Source of the DNA: an uncultured Candidatus Rokubacteria bacterium
GTDB lineage: Bacteria > Methylomirabilota > Methylomirabilia > Rokubacteriales > DASRDR01
Length of the DNA stretch: 64,000 bases
Assembly: GCA_963805625.1 (NCBI GenBank)
Contig: CAWDVE010000010.1
Location: 192,001 to 256,000, forward strand
Direction: 5' to 3'
The notes under the pieces are model-generated. The model saw only the letters and a list, made by a program, of their open reading frames with translations. It was not told the DNA's origin and did not search any database. A program made the position numbers and the translations under genes. This document shows positions 48,795-58,432 of the stretch, piece after piece; positions within the stretch are counted from its first letter, which is position 1, and the number at the start of each line of letters is the position of its first letter.

Positions 48795-49124
48795 ATGAAG
48801 CGAGTCATTGCCGCCGTGGTTCTGCTGGCTCTCGTCGCGCTCGTCCTGGTACCCGTGCCCGCCCAGGCCAACGGCCGCTTCTGGGGCGCGTTCGTGGCCG
48901 GGGGTCTCGCAGGGTTGATCGTCGGCGGGGCGCTGGCCACACCGCAGTACGTGCCGCCGACCGTGGTCTATCCGTACCCGCCATACGCGCAACCCCCGGG
49001 CTACGCCATGCCCGCGCCCGTGTACGCGCCCGGCTACTCGGGCGGGGGGCCCGTTTACATCCCACCGCAGTGGGTGTGGAACGGCTATCAGTGGGTGTGG
49101 CAGGCGGGTTACTGGCGATACTAG
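48795..49124 (+). CDS. secreted Pro/Tyr-rich protein with a glycine-zipper-like segment and a WVW..GYW tail
   Basis: GGAG RBS, signal peptide and YIPPQWVWNGYQWVWQAGYW. Confidence 0.75.
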   Translation: MKRVIAAVVLLALVALVLVPVPAQANGRFWGAFVAGGLAGLIVGGALATPQYVPPTVVYPYPPYAQPPGYAMPAPVYAPGYSGGGPVYIPPQWVWNGYQWVWQAGYWRY

Positions 49125-49731
49125 GCAGATCGTGACGGCTCCACTTCTCTGCTACCGCAGGGTGAGGTGAGCCGTCCCCTGGAGGCAGCATCGGAAACGC
49201 AGTCTGCGTTTCTTCGCTACGTGACAACTCGTTGCGAGCCTGCGTCTTGGGCGGAGAGCGAAGAACATGAGACCCAACCCTCGAGCATCCCGGGCGGTCG
49301 CGCAGCCCGGGTCACGTGCGCGGCGCCGGACGTCGTCGCCGCCCGGCCCGCACCGGCGCCCGCGGCTCGGTTGGCAGACAGTGTCGCCTGGCAAAGCCGT
49401 GACGCCTGCTGAGTTGGAGGCCGATACTGTCGCCGTGCTGGTGCGTCTCCTCGAATGGGCCACTCCCGCGGGTGTGGACTTCGAGTCGGCGCTGCGCCGA
49501 GCTCGCACAGTCGAGACCGAGCGCCTCCAGGGACCTGCCCGATGAGTTGCAGCCTCCGGCGGTGGGACGGGAAGGGGTGACGGCCCCCGCGTAAAGCCAT
49601 CACGGCTGATGCCTCGCGGCGTGGCACCCGACCAGTCCACCCTCTGGCCACTTGTTCGCCACCGACCGTCCAGGAGTGAGCCTAGTGCTTCCGGGTATCG
49701 CCGTTTCCCCGAAGGGCGTACCGTTCTCTCG

Positions 49732-50010
49732 ATGGCCCTGGACGACGAGCGCTGCTGCTTCTGCCGACGCGCCGTGCTGGTCGGAGAATGGCCTGCCCGC
49801 CCGGGCTGGCTGGAGATCGAGTGCCCCATCTGCGGTCTCTATCGGGTGGAACGACAGTTCTGGGTCACCGCCCACTACAAGAAGGCGAGAGAGCCGGTTC
49901 TCTATCGACGGCTGGCCCGCTGGCTCGAGGAGTCTCGGGAACGCGCCCAGCCGCCGGAGATCCCGTTCGAGGGCTGGGAGCGGGTCGCGGGGTCGCATCC
50001 GGGCGCGTGA
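49732..50010 (+). CDS. small Zn-ribbon hypothetical protein, paralog of 42923
   Basis: CCFC...W...WLEIECPICG. TACCGT, 7 nt, ATG. Confidence 0.6.
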   Translation: MALDDERCCFCRRAVLVGEWPARPGWLEIECPICGLYRVERQFWVTAHYKKAREPVLYRRLARWLEESRERAQPPEIPFEGWERVAGSHPGA

Positions 50011-50046
50011 GCCCGCTCCGCCTCTCTGAGACGCGGGGGCGCTCGG

Positions 50047-51354
50047 TCAGCCTCGCGTCATGCGGGCGCCGAGGGCCCGCAAGCGCTCGTCGATCCGCTC
50101 GTAGCCGCGGTCGATCTGACGCGTGTTGCGGATGACGGAGGTCCCGCGCGCGCAGAGAGCGGCGGCCAGGAGCGCCATGCCCGCACGGATGTCGGGCGAC
50201 ACCATCGTCGCTCCGTGGAGCCGGCTCGGCCCTACCACCACCGCCCGGTGCGGGTCACACAGGACGACCCGCGCTCCCATGTCGATCAGCCGATCCACGA
50301 AGAACAGGCGGCTCTCGAAGAGCTTTTCGTGGATGAGGACGGTGCCCGCGCACTGGGTGGCCAGGACGAGCGCCATGGGTGTCAGGTCGGCGGGGAAGCC
50401 CGGCCAGGGGGCGTCGTCGACGGTGGGGATGGCGCCGCCGAGGTCGTCGGACACCGCCAGGCGCTGGCCGCCCGGCACCACGAGCACGGCGCCCTCGAGT
50501 TGCGTCTCCAGGCCGAGCCGTGCGAAGACGAGCCGGATCATGCGCAGGTGCTCGGGCGCCACGTCGAGGATTTGCAGCTCGCCGCCCGTCATGGCGGCCA
50601 GCGCGACGAACGAGCCGATCTCGATGTGGTCGGGCCCGATCCGGTGGGTGGCGGGCGCGAGTGCCTCCACGCCCTCGATCTCGAGGGCGTTCGTCCCGAT
50701 GCCCTGGACCTTCGCGCCCATCGCGTTCAGCGCCTGACAGAGGCCCTGGACGTGAGGCTCGCAGGCGGCGTTGAGGAGCCGCGTTCTCCCGCGCGCGAGC
50801 ACGGCGGCCATCACCGCGTTCTCGGTGGCGGTCACGCTCGCCTCGTCGAGGAACACCTCGGCGCCCTTGAAGCGCCCGGGCAGCGTCAGGCGGTAGGCGT
50901 TGTCGCCCAGCTCGATCTCGGCGCCGAGCTGGCGGAGCGCGAGCACGTGGGTATCGATGCGCCGCCGGCCAATCTGGTCACCGCCGGGGCGAGGGAGCAC
51001 CGCCTCGCCCTGGCGCGCCAGGAGCGGTGCGGCAAGCAGAAAGGATCCGCGGATGCGCGACGCGAGGGCCGGGTCCGGCGCGCCGCTGGCGAGCCCGGAG
51101 GCGTCGATCCGAACCGTCCGCTCTCCGACCCGCACGATGCTTGCCCCCAGACCCCGCACCGCCTCCAGCAAGGTCTCCACGTCGCCGATCTGCGGGAGGT
51201 TGTCGAGGACGACCGGTCCCGACACGAGCAGCGACGCTGCGATAACGGGGAGGGCCTCGTTCTTGTTGCCGGCCGGCCGGAGCGCGCCCTGGATGGGACG
51301 CCCGCCCTCGACGGTGAACTGATCGCCGGGAAGCGGCTCGACGAAGAGCGCCAC
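50047..51354 (-). CDS. murA: UDP-N-acetylglucosamine 1-carboxyvinyltransferase (Asp variant)
   Basis: [40 protein letters not shown] and IDRGYE. Confidence 0.95.
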   Translation of the reverse strand: MALFVEPLPGDQFTVEGGRPIQGALRPAGNKNEALPVIAASLLVSGPVVLDNLPQIGDVETLLEAVRGLGASIVRVGERTVRIDASGLASGAPDPALASRIRGSFLLAAPLLARQGEAVLPRPGGDQIGRRRIDTHVLALRQLGAEIELGDNAYRLTLPGRFKGAEVFLDEASVTATENAVMAAVLARGRTRLLNAACEPHVQGLCQALNAMGAKVQGIGTNALEIEGVEALAPATHRIGPDHIEIGSFVALAAMTGGELQILDVAPEHLRMIRLVFARLGLETQLEGAVLVVPGGQRLAVSDDLGGAIPTVDDAPWPGFPADLTPMALVLATQCAGTVLIHEKLFESRLFFVDRLIDMGARVVLCDPHRAVVVGPSRLHGATMVSPDIRAGMALLAAALCARGTSVIRNTRQIDRGYERIDERLRALGARMTRG

Positions 51355-51431
51355 GAACCTATGCTACTCGGAGAACCGCCCCCGGCAGGCCAACAACCTG
51401 GCCACCGGTCCGGATTCCTGCCGGGGGGAGA

Positions 51432-51725
51432 TCACGAGCCCGACCGCCGCGTGCCGGCTCCCGCCCCAGGCCTGGACCTGAGCCCCGTCGTGGCCAAGAC
51501 CGAGTGCCAGATCTCATGGCATGCGTGATGGAAGTAGATAGTCCCACCGCCCGGCACATCGCACTCGATTTCGTTGTCGATCCCAAGGATGCGCTGGTCG
51601 CACGCCGAGCATCGGCGCCCACGTCCGCGGCCGTACCACGTCACGACGCAGTCTTCGCACGGCAACGTGCCCGCCGACATGAGCGCCTGAATGTGCACTC
51701 GCAGAGCCTCGCTCTCGCGCTCCAT
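51432..51725 (-). CDS. small Zn-finger protein (CxxC...HxxC)
   Basis: GGAGG RBS, then W.G.G.G..CSACD..I...FHHACHEIW. Confidence 0.65.
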   Translation of the reverse strand: MERESEALRVHIQALMSAGTLPCEDCVVTWYGRGRGRRCSACDQRILGIDNEIECDVPGGGTIYFHHACHEIWHSVLATTGLRSRPGAGAGTRRSGS

Positions 51726-51762
51726 GCTGCCTCCTGTCCGGTGGACGTGTGCGCCGTGGAGA

Positions 51763-52188
51763 TCAGGCGCCTCGCGGTTGAGTTCCTCTGTCGCGGACAT
51801 CCAGGGCACGATCGAGGAGCCGGGCGAGCGTCTCGGGGGTGATTGGCTTGCGGACATGCGCATCGAAGCCGGCCATCCGGGTCGCCGCAACATCGAGCGG
51901 CTCGGCGCGGCCGCTGACGGCGATGGTCAGGAGTGCGCGGAAGCGGGGATCGCGGCGGAGCCGCCGGACGAATCCGAATCCGTCGACAACTGGCATCTCG
52001 AGGTCACACAGAATGAGATCCGGCTGTCGGTCGAGAACGAGTCGGAAGGCCTCCTGGCCATCACCAACGCCCCGGGTCTGGACGCCGAATGTCGAGACGA
52101 GCGCGACAAGTGCCGCCCGCGCGTCCGGATCATCCTCGACGACCAAGACCTCGAGGTCCCGCGGCCCGGGCCGGCTCAGGAGTTCCAT
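51763..52188 (-). CDS. single-domain response regulator (CheY-like)
   Basis: VLVVEDD, PDLILCDLEMP..DG, AVSG and AGFDAHVRKP. Confidence 0.88.
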   Translation of the reverse strand: MELLSRPGPRDLEVLVVEDDPDARAALVALVSTFGVQTRGVGDGQEAFRLVLDRQPDLILCDLEMPVVDGFGFVRRLRRDPRFRALLTIAVSGRAEPLDVAATRMAGFDAHVRKPITPETLARLLDRALDVRDRGTQPRGA

Positions 52189-52324
52189 TCAATGTGAACG
52201 GAGGAGGGCCACGGAGCCCATTGCCATCCTGCTCCGGCGCGCGGCGTCTAGCTGCTAGCTGCTGCGACCCCCGGCTCAGGAGGCTAAGACTGTGCTCCCG
52301 TAGCCCTCCTCGCCGATTCACCGT

Positions 52325-52339
52325 GCATGGCGAGTGCCA
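52325..52339 (-). promoter_or_regulatory. possible sigma54 promoter upstream of the CheY-like gene
   Basis: The reverse complement reads TGGCAC-TCGCC-ATGC. Confidence 0.45.
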
Positions 52340-52587
52340 TGTGCATCCCCATTGGCCTGGTGGGCTTTTTCTTGACTCGGCGGCCGGAAGGGCGAGGACA
52401 CTTCGTCGCCTGGGCGACACGACGTCGTGGGATTCCCCCGCCATCTGGTGCCCGGGGCAGCCTTCCTGTAGGGTCGATCGAGGTGGGCTTCTTCCGTGCC
52501 CTGCCGAAGGGGCGCTTGGCCTGCCGAGGGCGCCGTCGGTGCTCGGGCTGGTGGACGAGATCATCGGGTGATCGGTTCGAGGTGACG

Positions 52588-52932
52588 ATGGGACCGGCGG
52601 GACGGTACCGGTTCACGCTCTTCTGGGCCTCGGTGCTAGTCGATCTTGGCGTGGGTGTCATGGCGATGGGTGTGGTCTGCGCGGGTCTGCTCTTGCTTCT
52701 GCCCGATCAGATTCCGGTCCCGTATTCCTGGCCACGCCTCCTGGCGGCGGCCGTCGCGGTGGTCGGAGGCCTTCTCATGGGTGCGCCGCTGATCCTGATC
52801 GGTCAGCTGGTGCAGGTCTTCCTCGAGCAGCGTCGGCTCCTGGGCCGTATTCACCACCGGCTCCGTCGCTGGGAGGACGAGCGGGAGTCGGAGCGAACCC
52901 ACCCCATGCGCGGCCCCGTCCGGCCGCCGTGA
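52588..52932 (+). CDS. two-TM hypothetical protein
   Basis: GAGGTG RBS, two hydrophobic helices and GQLVQVFLE.R..L. Confidence 0.6.
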   Translation: MGPAGRYRFTLFWASVLVDLGVGVMAMGVVCAGLLLLLPDQIPVPYSWPRLLAAAVAVVGGLLMGAPLILIGQLVQVFLEQRRLLGRIHHRLRRWEDERESERTHPMRGPVRPP

Positions 52933-53281
52933 CTCCTGCTGCGCGGTCGGTCGCACCGGGCCCGGAAGGATCACGCCCGTGCCGTGGGGCCGCCAGGGGA
53001 CGGCGCGGTCATCCTGGTCGGCGGTCCCGATCAGACCCTCCCGGACTTGTCTTCGGGGTGTCCGCGACCAACCCTGAGCGTCCGCGGCGGCTTCTGGCTG
53101 AGGTGGTCCAGGGGAAAGGACTCCCCGAGGGCCTCGTGGTCGCCGAAGGGTACCGTTCTGTGAGCCCGATTCGTTCCCTCCAGGCTAGGAAGGGTGTCCG
53201 GGGCTTCCGTGCTAGGCTATCCCCCATGATTCCGCACGGTTCTGCGCCGTGGTCTCTCTCCAGGAGTTATCGGGGCTGACG

Positions 53282-55777
53282 ATGATGAGTCCCGGCGCGG
53301 CTCCGGCGAAAGGCAAACCGCGTGAGGGTGGAGCCACCGGCTCCCTCCGGCGCACATTCATCGGCGCTGCCCTCGCGACTTCACTCCCGTTCCTGCTCCT
53401 CATCGCCTACCTGATCTGGGGACACATCAGCCGCGAGCACAGCCGGGTCGAGCGCGAAGCGTTCGCCGAGGCCAGCCTCCTGAGCGCCCAGGTGGAGAAG
53501 CACTTCGGGGCGCGCATCGAAGCGCTCACCGGGGCCGCGAGTCTCCTTGGAGCGGGCGGGGCGAGTCCCTCGGCCGGCGAGGCCCAGGGACGGCGGCTCC
53601 GGCAGGCTTTCCCGGACGTCGATCGCGTCGTCCTGATCGACGAGCTGGGGGTGGCCGCGGCCTCGGTTCCGGCCCTCGCCGAGGGCAAGCGCCTTGCCGT
53701 CGGTGACCAGGAGTGGTTCAAGCGGGCGGCGACGTCGACGGATCCGTTCGTCGGCGCGCCCTGGCGGGCCGGTCCGGAGATCCTGGTGGGGATCTACGCG
53801 CCGGTGCGGACCACCGAGGGACAGCTCCGGGGCGTCCTCGCGCTCGATCTCCTGCTCAAGCGCGTCCAGGATCTCCTGGCTCAGGCGAAGCTCTCCCCGG
53901 GGACCGCGGCCGCGCTTGTGACGGACCGGGGTGTCGTCGTCGCGCGCCAGCCGGCGCTCTTCCTGATGGCCAACGTCTCCGGGCTCGCCGGGTACGGCGA
54001 CCTCCTGGCGCGGGGCGGCACGGGTGAGGCCGTTTTCGAGGACGGGGAGTCGCGCATTGCCGGCGCGGTCCCGATCCGTCCCCAAGGTTGGACTCTTGTC
54101 GTCGGGGTCCCGTCGGCCGAGGTTACGCGTGAGACCAGGAGCCAGCTCCTCCTCGTCGGCGGCGGGGGCCTGGCGCTCACGACGCTGGCGATCCTTGCCG
54201 GGGTTCGGCTGGCTGGCCGCCAGGCCGAAGGGTTCGGGCGGCTTCGTCAGGCGATGGGACGGCTTGAGACCGGGGACTTGCCGGCCACGCTGCCGGTCAC
54301 CGTGGGGGGCGAGGCGGGCGCTCTTACGGATAGCTTCAACCGGATGCTGAGCTGGCTCCGGGGAAAGCTCCGGGAATACGAGGTCGTGACTCAGCTGGAC
54401 GACGCAGCCGGTCGCGTGGTGACCGGGGACCGTTCGGGGAACGCGGCGTTTGTCGGCCTCCTTCGCAGGGTGGTCGGGGGCGTCGGAGCGGACGTCGGAG
54501 TTCTCGTCCTGCCGGACGAGTCCGGCCTGGTGGCGCGGGCCGCGGTGGGCTTTCACGGGACCCAGGTCGAGGGCAGTCGTCTCCGGAGAGGCCAGGGGCT
54601 GGTGGGGGCCGTGATGTCCGCGCGCGAGACCATGGTCGTGCCCGACCTGGAGGCGGATTACCGGGTCGAGGAGCCGTATCTCAAGGACGGAAGCATCCGC
54701 TCCATGGCCGCCTTCCCCCTCCTGGCCAACGACGAGCTGCTGGGAGTGGTCGCGGTCGGGTATCGCACGGCCCATGCGTTCTCCCCGGACGAGGTGGCGC
54801 GGCTCGAGGCGATTGTGCGCCGGACGGCCCAGGCCATCGAGCGCGCGCAGGCCCTCGAGTCGGTGCAGCGCAGCACCCAGGGTCTCGAGGCGCAGATTGC
54901 CCAGCAGATGGAGGCGCTCCAGAAGGCCGCGGTCGAACAAGCGGAGGCCAACCGCCAGACGCAGGAGGCGAGAAAACAGGCGCGGGAAATGGAGCAGCGC
55001 ATGAAGCTCCAGGCCGCGCAGGCGCCGCAGGTCAAGGAGGTCATCGTCGAGCGTGAGGTCGTGCGCCAGGACCCGACGAGCGAGCAGGCCGCGCGATTCC
55101 GCGGGGAGATGCAGAAGACGGTCAGCGAGGAGTTGCGTGCCCCCCTCACCGCGCTCCTCGACCTCCCGCGGCTCCTGGTCGACGGGCTCCAGAAGCCGCT
55201 CGGCGACACCGAGCGGGGGCAGCTGGAGATCCTGCAGGAGCGCGGGCAGGAGATCCTGGAGCTGATCGAGGGCCTCACCGCGCTGAGCGGGCTCGAGGCC
55301 GGCGGGCTCAAGCTCACCAAGGCTTCGACGGATGTGCCCACGCTGGTCCAACGGGTGGTCCGCACGCTCCAGCCCCGCGCCGCGGCGAAGGGGAACCGGA
55401 TCGAAATCGACATCAAGCCTGGGGTGGCGCCCGTTGTCACGGACTCGCGCCGGGTCGAGCAGGTCCTCGGGAATCTGATCCTGTCGGCTGTCAAGTACAC
55501 CGAGGTCGGGGAGATCCGCGTGACCTGCTACCAGCGCGACCGCGAGGTCGTCATGACGGTGGCCGACGACGGTGTCGGCTTCACCCAGGAGGAGCAGGGC
55601 CGGATCTTCCGGCCGTTCTGTCCGGTCGGCCCGCGGGATGGTCGGACGCTCCCCGGCACAGGCCTCCTCCTGACGGTCGCCGAGCGGCTCGTCCTCGCCC
55701 TCGGTGGCAAGATCAAGATGGAGAGCGAGCCGGACCGCGGCTCGTGGGTTACCGTCACGCTGCCGGTGCAGGGATGA
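53282..55777 (+). CDS. Cache-HAMP-GAF histidine-kinase-like protein with a degenerate catalytic core; start 53249 or 53282
   Basis: TM-Cache-TM-HAMP-GAF-coiled coil. The H-box reads VSEELRAPL, the N-box NLILSA and G2 GTGLLL. Confidence 0.85.
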   Translation: MMSPGAAPAKGKPREGGATGSLRRTFIGAALATSLPFLLLIAYLIWGHISREHSRVEREAFAEASLLSAQVEKHFGARIEALTGAASLLGAGGASPSAGEAQGRRLRQAFPDVDRVVLIDELGVAAASVPALAEGKRLAVGDQEWFKRAATSTDPFVGAPWRAGPEILVGIYAPVRTTEGQLRGVLALDLLLKRVQDLLAQAKLSPGTAAALVTDRGVVVARQPALFLMANVSGLAGYGDLLARGGTGEAVFEDGESRIAGAVPIRPQGWTLVVGVPSAEVTRETRSQLLLVGGGGLALTTLAILAGVRLAGRQAEGFGRLRQAMGRLETGDLPATLPVTVGGEAGALTDSFNRMLSWLRGKLREYEVVTQLDDAAGRVVTGDRSGNAAFVGLLRRVVGGVGADVGVLVLPDESGLVARAAVGFHGTQVEGSRLRRGQGLVGAVMSARETMVVPDLEADYRVEEPYLKDGSIRSMAAFPLLANDELLGVVAVGYRTAHAFSPDEVARLEAIVRRTAQAIERAQALESVQRSTQGLEAQIAQQMEALQKAAVEQAEANRQTQEARKQAREMEQRMKLQAAQAPQVKEVIVEREVVRQDPTSEQAARFRGEMQKTVSEELRAPLTALLDLPRLLVDGLQKPLGDTERGQLEILQERGQEILELIEGLTALSGLEAGGLKLTKASTDVPTLVQRVVRTLQPRAAAKGNRIEIDIKPGVAPVVTDSRRVEQVLGNLILSAVKYTEVGEIRVTCYQRDREVVMTVADDGVGFTQEEQGRIFRPFCPVGPRDGRTLPGTGLLLTVAERLVLALGGKIKMESEPDRGSWVTVTLPVQG

Positions 55778-55781
55778 GGAC

Positions 55782-56771
55782 ATGAGCCCATCCACGCGCA
55801 GTCCTTCCACTCTCGGGCACGTGCTGATCGTCGACGACGACCTCCTGGTCCGGGAGACGATGCGGGACTACATCGATCACCTCGGCTACACGGTGCGCGA
55901 CGTCGGGTCCGCGGAGGAGGCGCTCAGGGAGATCGCCAAAGAGGCGCCGGACCTGGTGCTGCTCGACGTCCGAATGCCGAGGATCACCGGGATCGACCTG
56001 TGCCGGCAGCTCAAGAGCGACCCGATGACCCACCTGATTCCCGTGGTCCTCCTGACCGCCGAGCGCGAGCTGGACTCGCGAGTGGCGGGGCTCGCGGCGG
56101 GCGCGGACGACTACTTCACGAAGCCCGTCCACCCGCGCGAGCTTGACGCGCGACTCCGATCGCTCATCCGCCTGAAGCACGTTCTCGAGGAGCTGGAGGA
56201 AGCCGAGAGCCTGATCACGAGCCTCGCGCTCACGATCGAGGCGCGGGATCCCTACACAGCCGGCCACTGCGTGCGGTTGGCGGCCTGGGCGATGGCCTTC
56301 GGCGAGCGTCTCGGGCTCAGCGAGGAGGAGCAGAAGGCGCTGCGCCTGGGAGGGTTCCTGCACGATCTCGGCAAGATCGCGGTACCCGACGGCGTCCTCC
56401 TCAAGGCCGGCCCGCTCAGCGCGGAAGAGCGGCGGCTCATGAAGGAGCATCCGGCCGCGGGCGACCGGCTCGTCGTGTCCATGCGGACGCTTGGCCTCGT
56501 GCGCCCCATCATCCGGCACCACCACGAGCGGTGGGATGGGCATGGCTACCCGGACCGGCTGGGCGGGGAGGAGGTGCCGCTCCTCGCGCGCCTCATGGCG
56601 ATCGTCGACGTCTACGACGCGCTCTGCACGCAGCGCCCGTATAAGGGTCCGTTTGGCGAGGAGGAAGCGCTCAAGAGCCTCCGCGAGGGAGCCCGGACCG
56701 GGCAGTTCGACCCGGAGCTGGCCCGCGTGTTCCTGGAGCTCCGGCAGACCTCGACGGACCTCCTCCGCTGA
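55782..56771 (+). CDS. response regulator with an HD-GYP cyclic di-nucleotide phosphodiesterase domain
   Basis: REC domain (VDDD, LLDVRMP, KP), EARDPYTAGH, LHDLGK, HHERWDGHGYP and DVYDAL...RPY. Confidence 0.93.
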   Translation: MSPSTRSPSTLGHVLIVDDDLLVRETMRDYIDHLGYTVRDVGSAEEALREIAKEAPDLVLLDVRMPRITGIDLCRQLKSDPMTHLIPVVLLTAERELDSRVAGLAAGADDYFTKPVHPRELDARLRSLIRLKHVLEELEEAESLITSLALTIEARDPYTAGHCVRLAAWAMAFGERLGLSEEEQKALRLGGFLHDLGKIAVPDGVLLKAGPLSAEERRLMKEHPAAGDRLVVSMRTLGLVRPIIRHHHERWDGHGYPDRLGGEEVPLLARLMAIVDVYDALCTQRPYKGPFGEEEALKSLREGARTGQFDPELARVFLELRQTSTDLLR

Positions 56772-56787
56772 GCCTCCGTCCGCGCTG

Positions 56788-57138
56788 ATGGCCGACTGCG
56801 TCTTCTGCGATATCATCGCCGGCCGGAACCCCGCGACAATCGAGTACCAGGACGACGAGATCCTCGCATTCCATGACATCTACCCGAAGGCGCCGGTCCA
56901 CCTCCTGATCATCCCCAAGCGCCACATCGAGTCCGTAATGGCGCTGTCTCTGGACGACGCGCCGCTCGTCGGCCGCATGATCCTGGCCGCGAAGCGGATC
57001 GGAGAGGCGCGGGGTTTGGCCGAGCGCGGCTACCGGCTCGCCATCCACTCCGGACCCGAGGGAGGCCAGATCGTGTACCATCTCCACCTTCACTTCCTGG
57101 CCGGACGCCGCGACGAGCGGAAGGTCGAACGACGATGA
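56788..57138 (+). CDS. HIT (histidine triad) nucleotide-binding protein
   Basis: CVFC, AFHDI.P.AP.H.LIIPK and GQIVYHLHLH. Confidence 0.92.
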   Translation: MADCVFCDIIAGRNPATIEYQDDEILAFHDIYPKAPVHLLIIPKRHIESVMALSLDDAPLVGRMILAAKRIGEARGLAERGYRLAIHSGPEGGQIVYHLHLHFLAGRRDERKVERR

Positions 57139-57172
57139 CGTCTCAGTTCGAGCGGGGAGCGAGGGGAGCGCA

Positions 57173-58432
57173 GTGAGCGTCGCATCCCGGCCCGAGCGTG
57201 TCCGCCTTGCGAACGGACTCACGGCGGTGCTCCAGCCCCACGATGCCGCCGAGGTCGCGGCGGTGCAGCTCTGGGTCCGGGCCGGGGCACGCGACGAGGG
57301 TCCGGACGAGGCGGGGCTGTCGCACTTCATCGAGCACCTGCTCTTCAAGGGGACACCCTCGCGCGGCCCCGGCGTGATCGACGAGACGATCTCCGGCCTC
57401 GGGGGCGAGATGAACGCCGCGACCTCCCAGGACTGGACGTACTTCCACGTCGTCCTGCCCGCCGGGCGGCTCGACACGGCGCTGGACATTCTGGCCGACG
57501 CGGCGCAGCACGCCGTGTTCGATTCGGTCGAGGTCGAGCGCGAGCGCCACGTGGTCCTGGAGGAGATCCGTCGGGCCGAGGACACGCCCAGCGCCGCCCT
57601 CTGGCGGGCGCTGGCCCGCGGGCACTTCGGCGAGCATGCGTACGGGCGGCCGGTCCTCGGCTCCGCCGAGTCCATCGCGGGAGTGCCCCGCGAGAAGATC
57701 GTCGAGTACTATCGTCGCTCCTACGTGCCGAACAACGCGACGGTGGTGGTGGCGGGCAGCGTGTCGGCGGACCGGAGCCTCGACGCCGTGCGTGAGGTGT
57801 TCGGGAGCTGGGCCCCGGGCCCGCTCCCGGAGCGGCCGCGGCGGGCTCCCGCGCTGCCGCTTGCCCCGCGGCGGATCCAGGAATCGAAGGCGCTCCACCA
57901 GACGTACCTCGGGCTCGCGTGGGCCGGCGCCATTCCGCCCGATCCGGATGTCTATGCCCTCGACCTCGTGACGACCGTACTGGGCCAGGGACGATCGTCG
58001 CGGCTGGTGCAGGCGCTCCGGGAGCGGCTCGGGCTCGTGTCCGGGATCGGGAGCAGCTTCTACCTCCAGCACGACGCGGGGATGGTCGCGATCACCGCCC
58101 GGACGACGACGGCGCGCTACGCGGAGATCGAGGCGGCGGTGCTGGCGGAGGTGGGGCGCCTGTCCGAGGAGCTCGTCACCGAGGCGGAGTTCACCCGGGC
58201 GATGACGTCGGTGGAGGCGGAGCACGCGTTCAGCGGGGAGACGGCGGAAGGCGCCGCCTACACGCTCGGCACGGCGGACACCGTGTGGACCCTCGAGTTC
58301 GAGCTGGGCTACGTCGACGCCATCCGCCGCGTGACGCGCGAGGCCATGCGCGAGGCCGCCCGGCGTCACCTTCGCCCCGATCGCTTCACGGGCGCCGTCA
58401 TCGGCGCCGCGGCTGCCGGGGGAGGCGAGTGA
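57173..58432 (+). CDS. M16 family zinc peptidase, catalytic subunit
   Basis: HFIEHLLFKG (HxxEH), NAATS.D.T and ER.VVLEE. Confidence 0.92.
   Translation: MSVASRPERVRLANGLTAVLQPHDAAEVAAVQLWVRAGARDEGPDEAGLSHFIEHLLFKGTPSRGPGVIDETISGLGGEMNAATSQDWTYFHVVLPAGRLDTALDILADAAQHAVFDSVEVERERHVVLEEIRRAEDTPSAALWRALARGHFGEHAYGRPVLGSAESIAGVPREKIVEYYRRSYVPNNATVVVAGSVSADRSLDAVREVFGSWAPGPLPERPRRAPALPLAPRRIQESKALHQTYLGLAWAGAIPPDPDVYALDLVTTVLGQGRSSRLVQALRERLGLVSGIGSSFYLQHDAGMVAITARTTTARYAEIEAAVLAEVGRLSEELVTEAEFTRAMTSVEAEHAFSGETAEGAAYTLGTADTVWTLEFELGYVDAIRRVTREAMREAARRHLRPDRFTGAVIGAAAAGGGE

Noticed and set aside
53226-53279. 17-codon uORF after TAGGCT upstream of the pseudokinase
   Set aside because: It has no distinctive content and could simply be 5' UTR, so support is insufficient.
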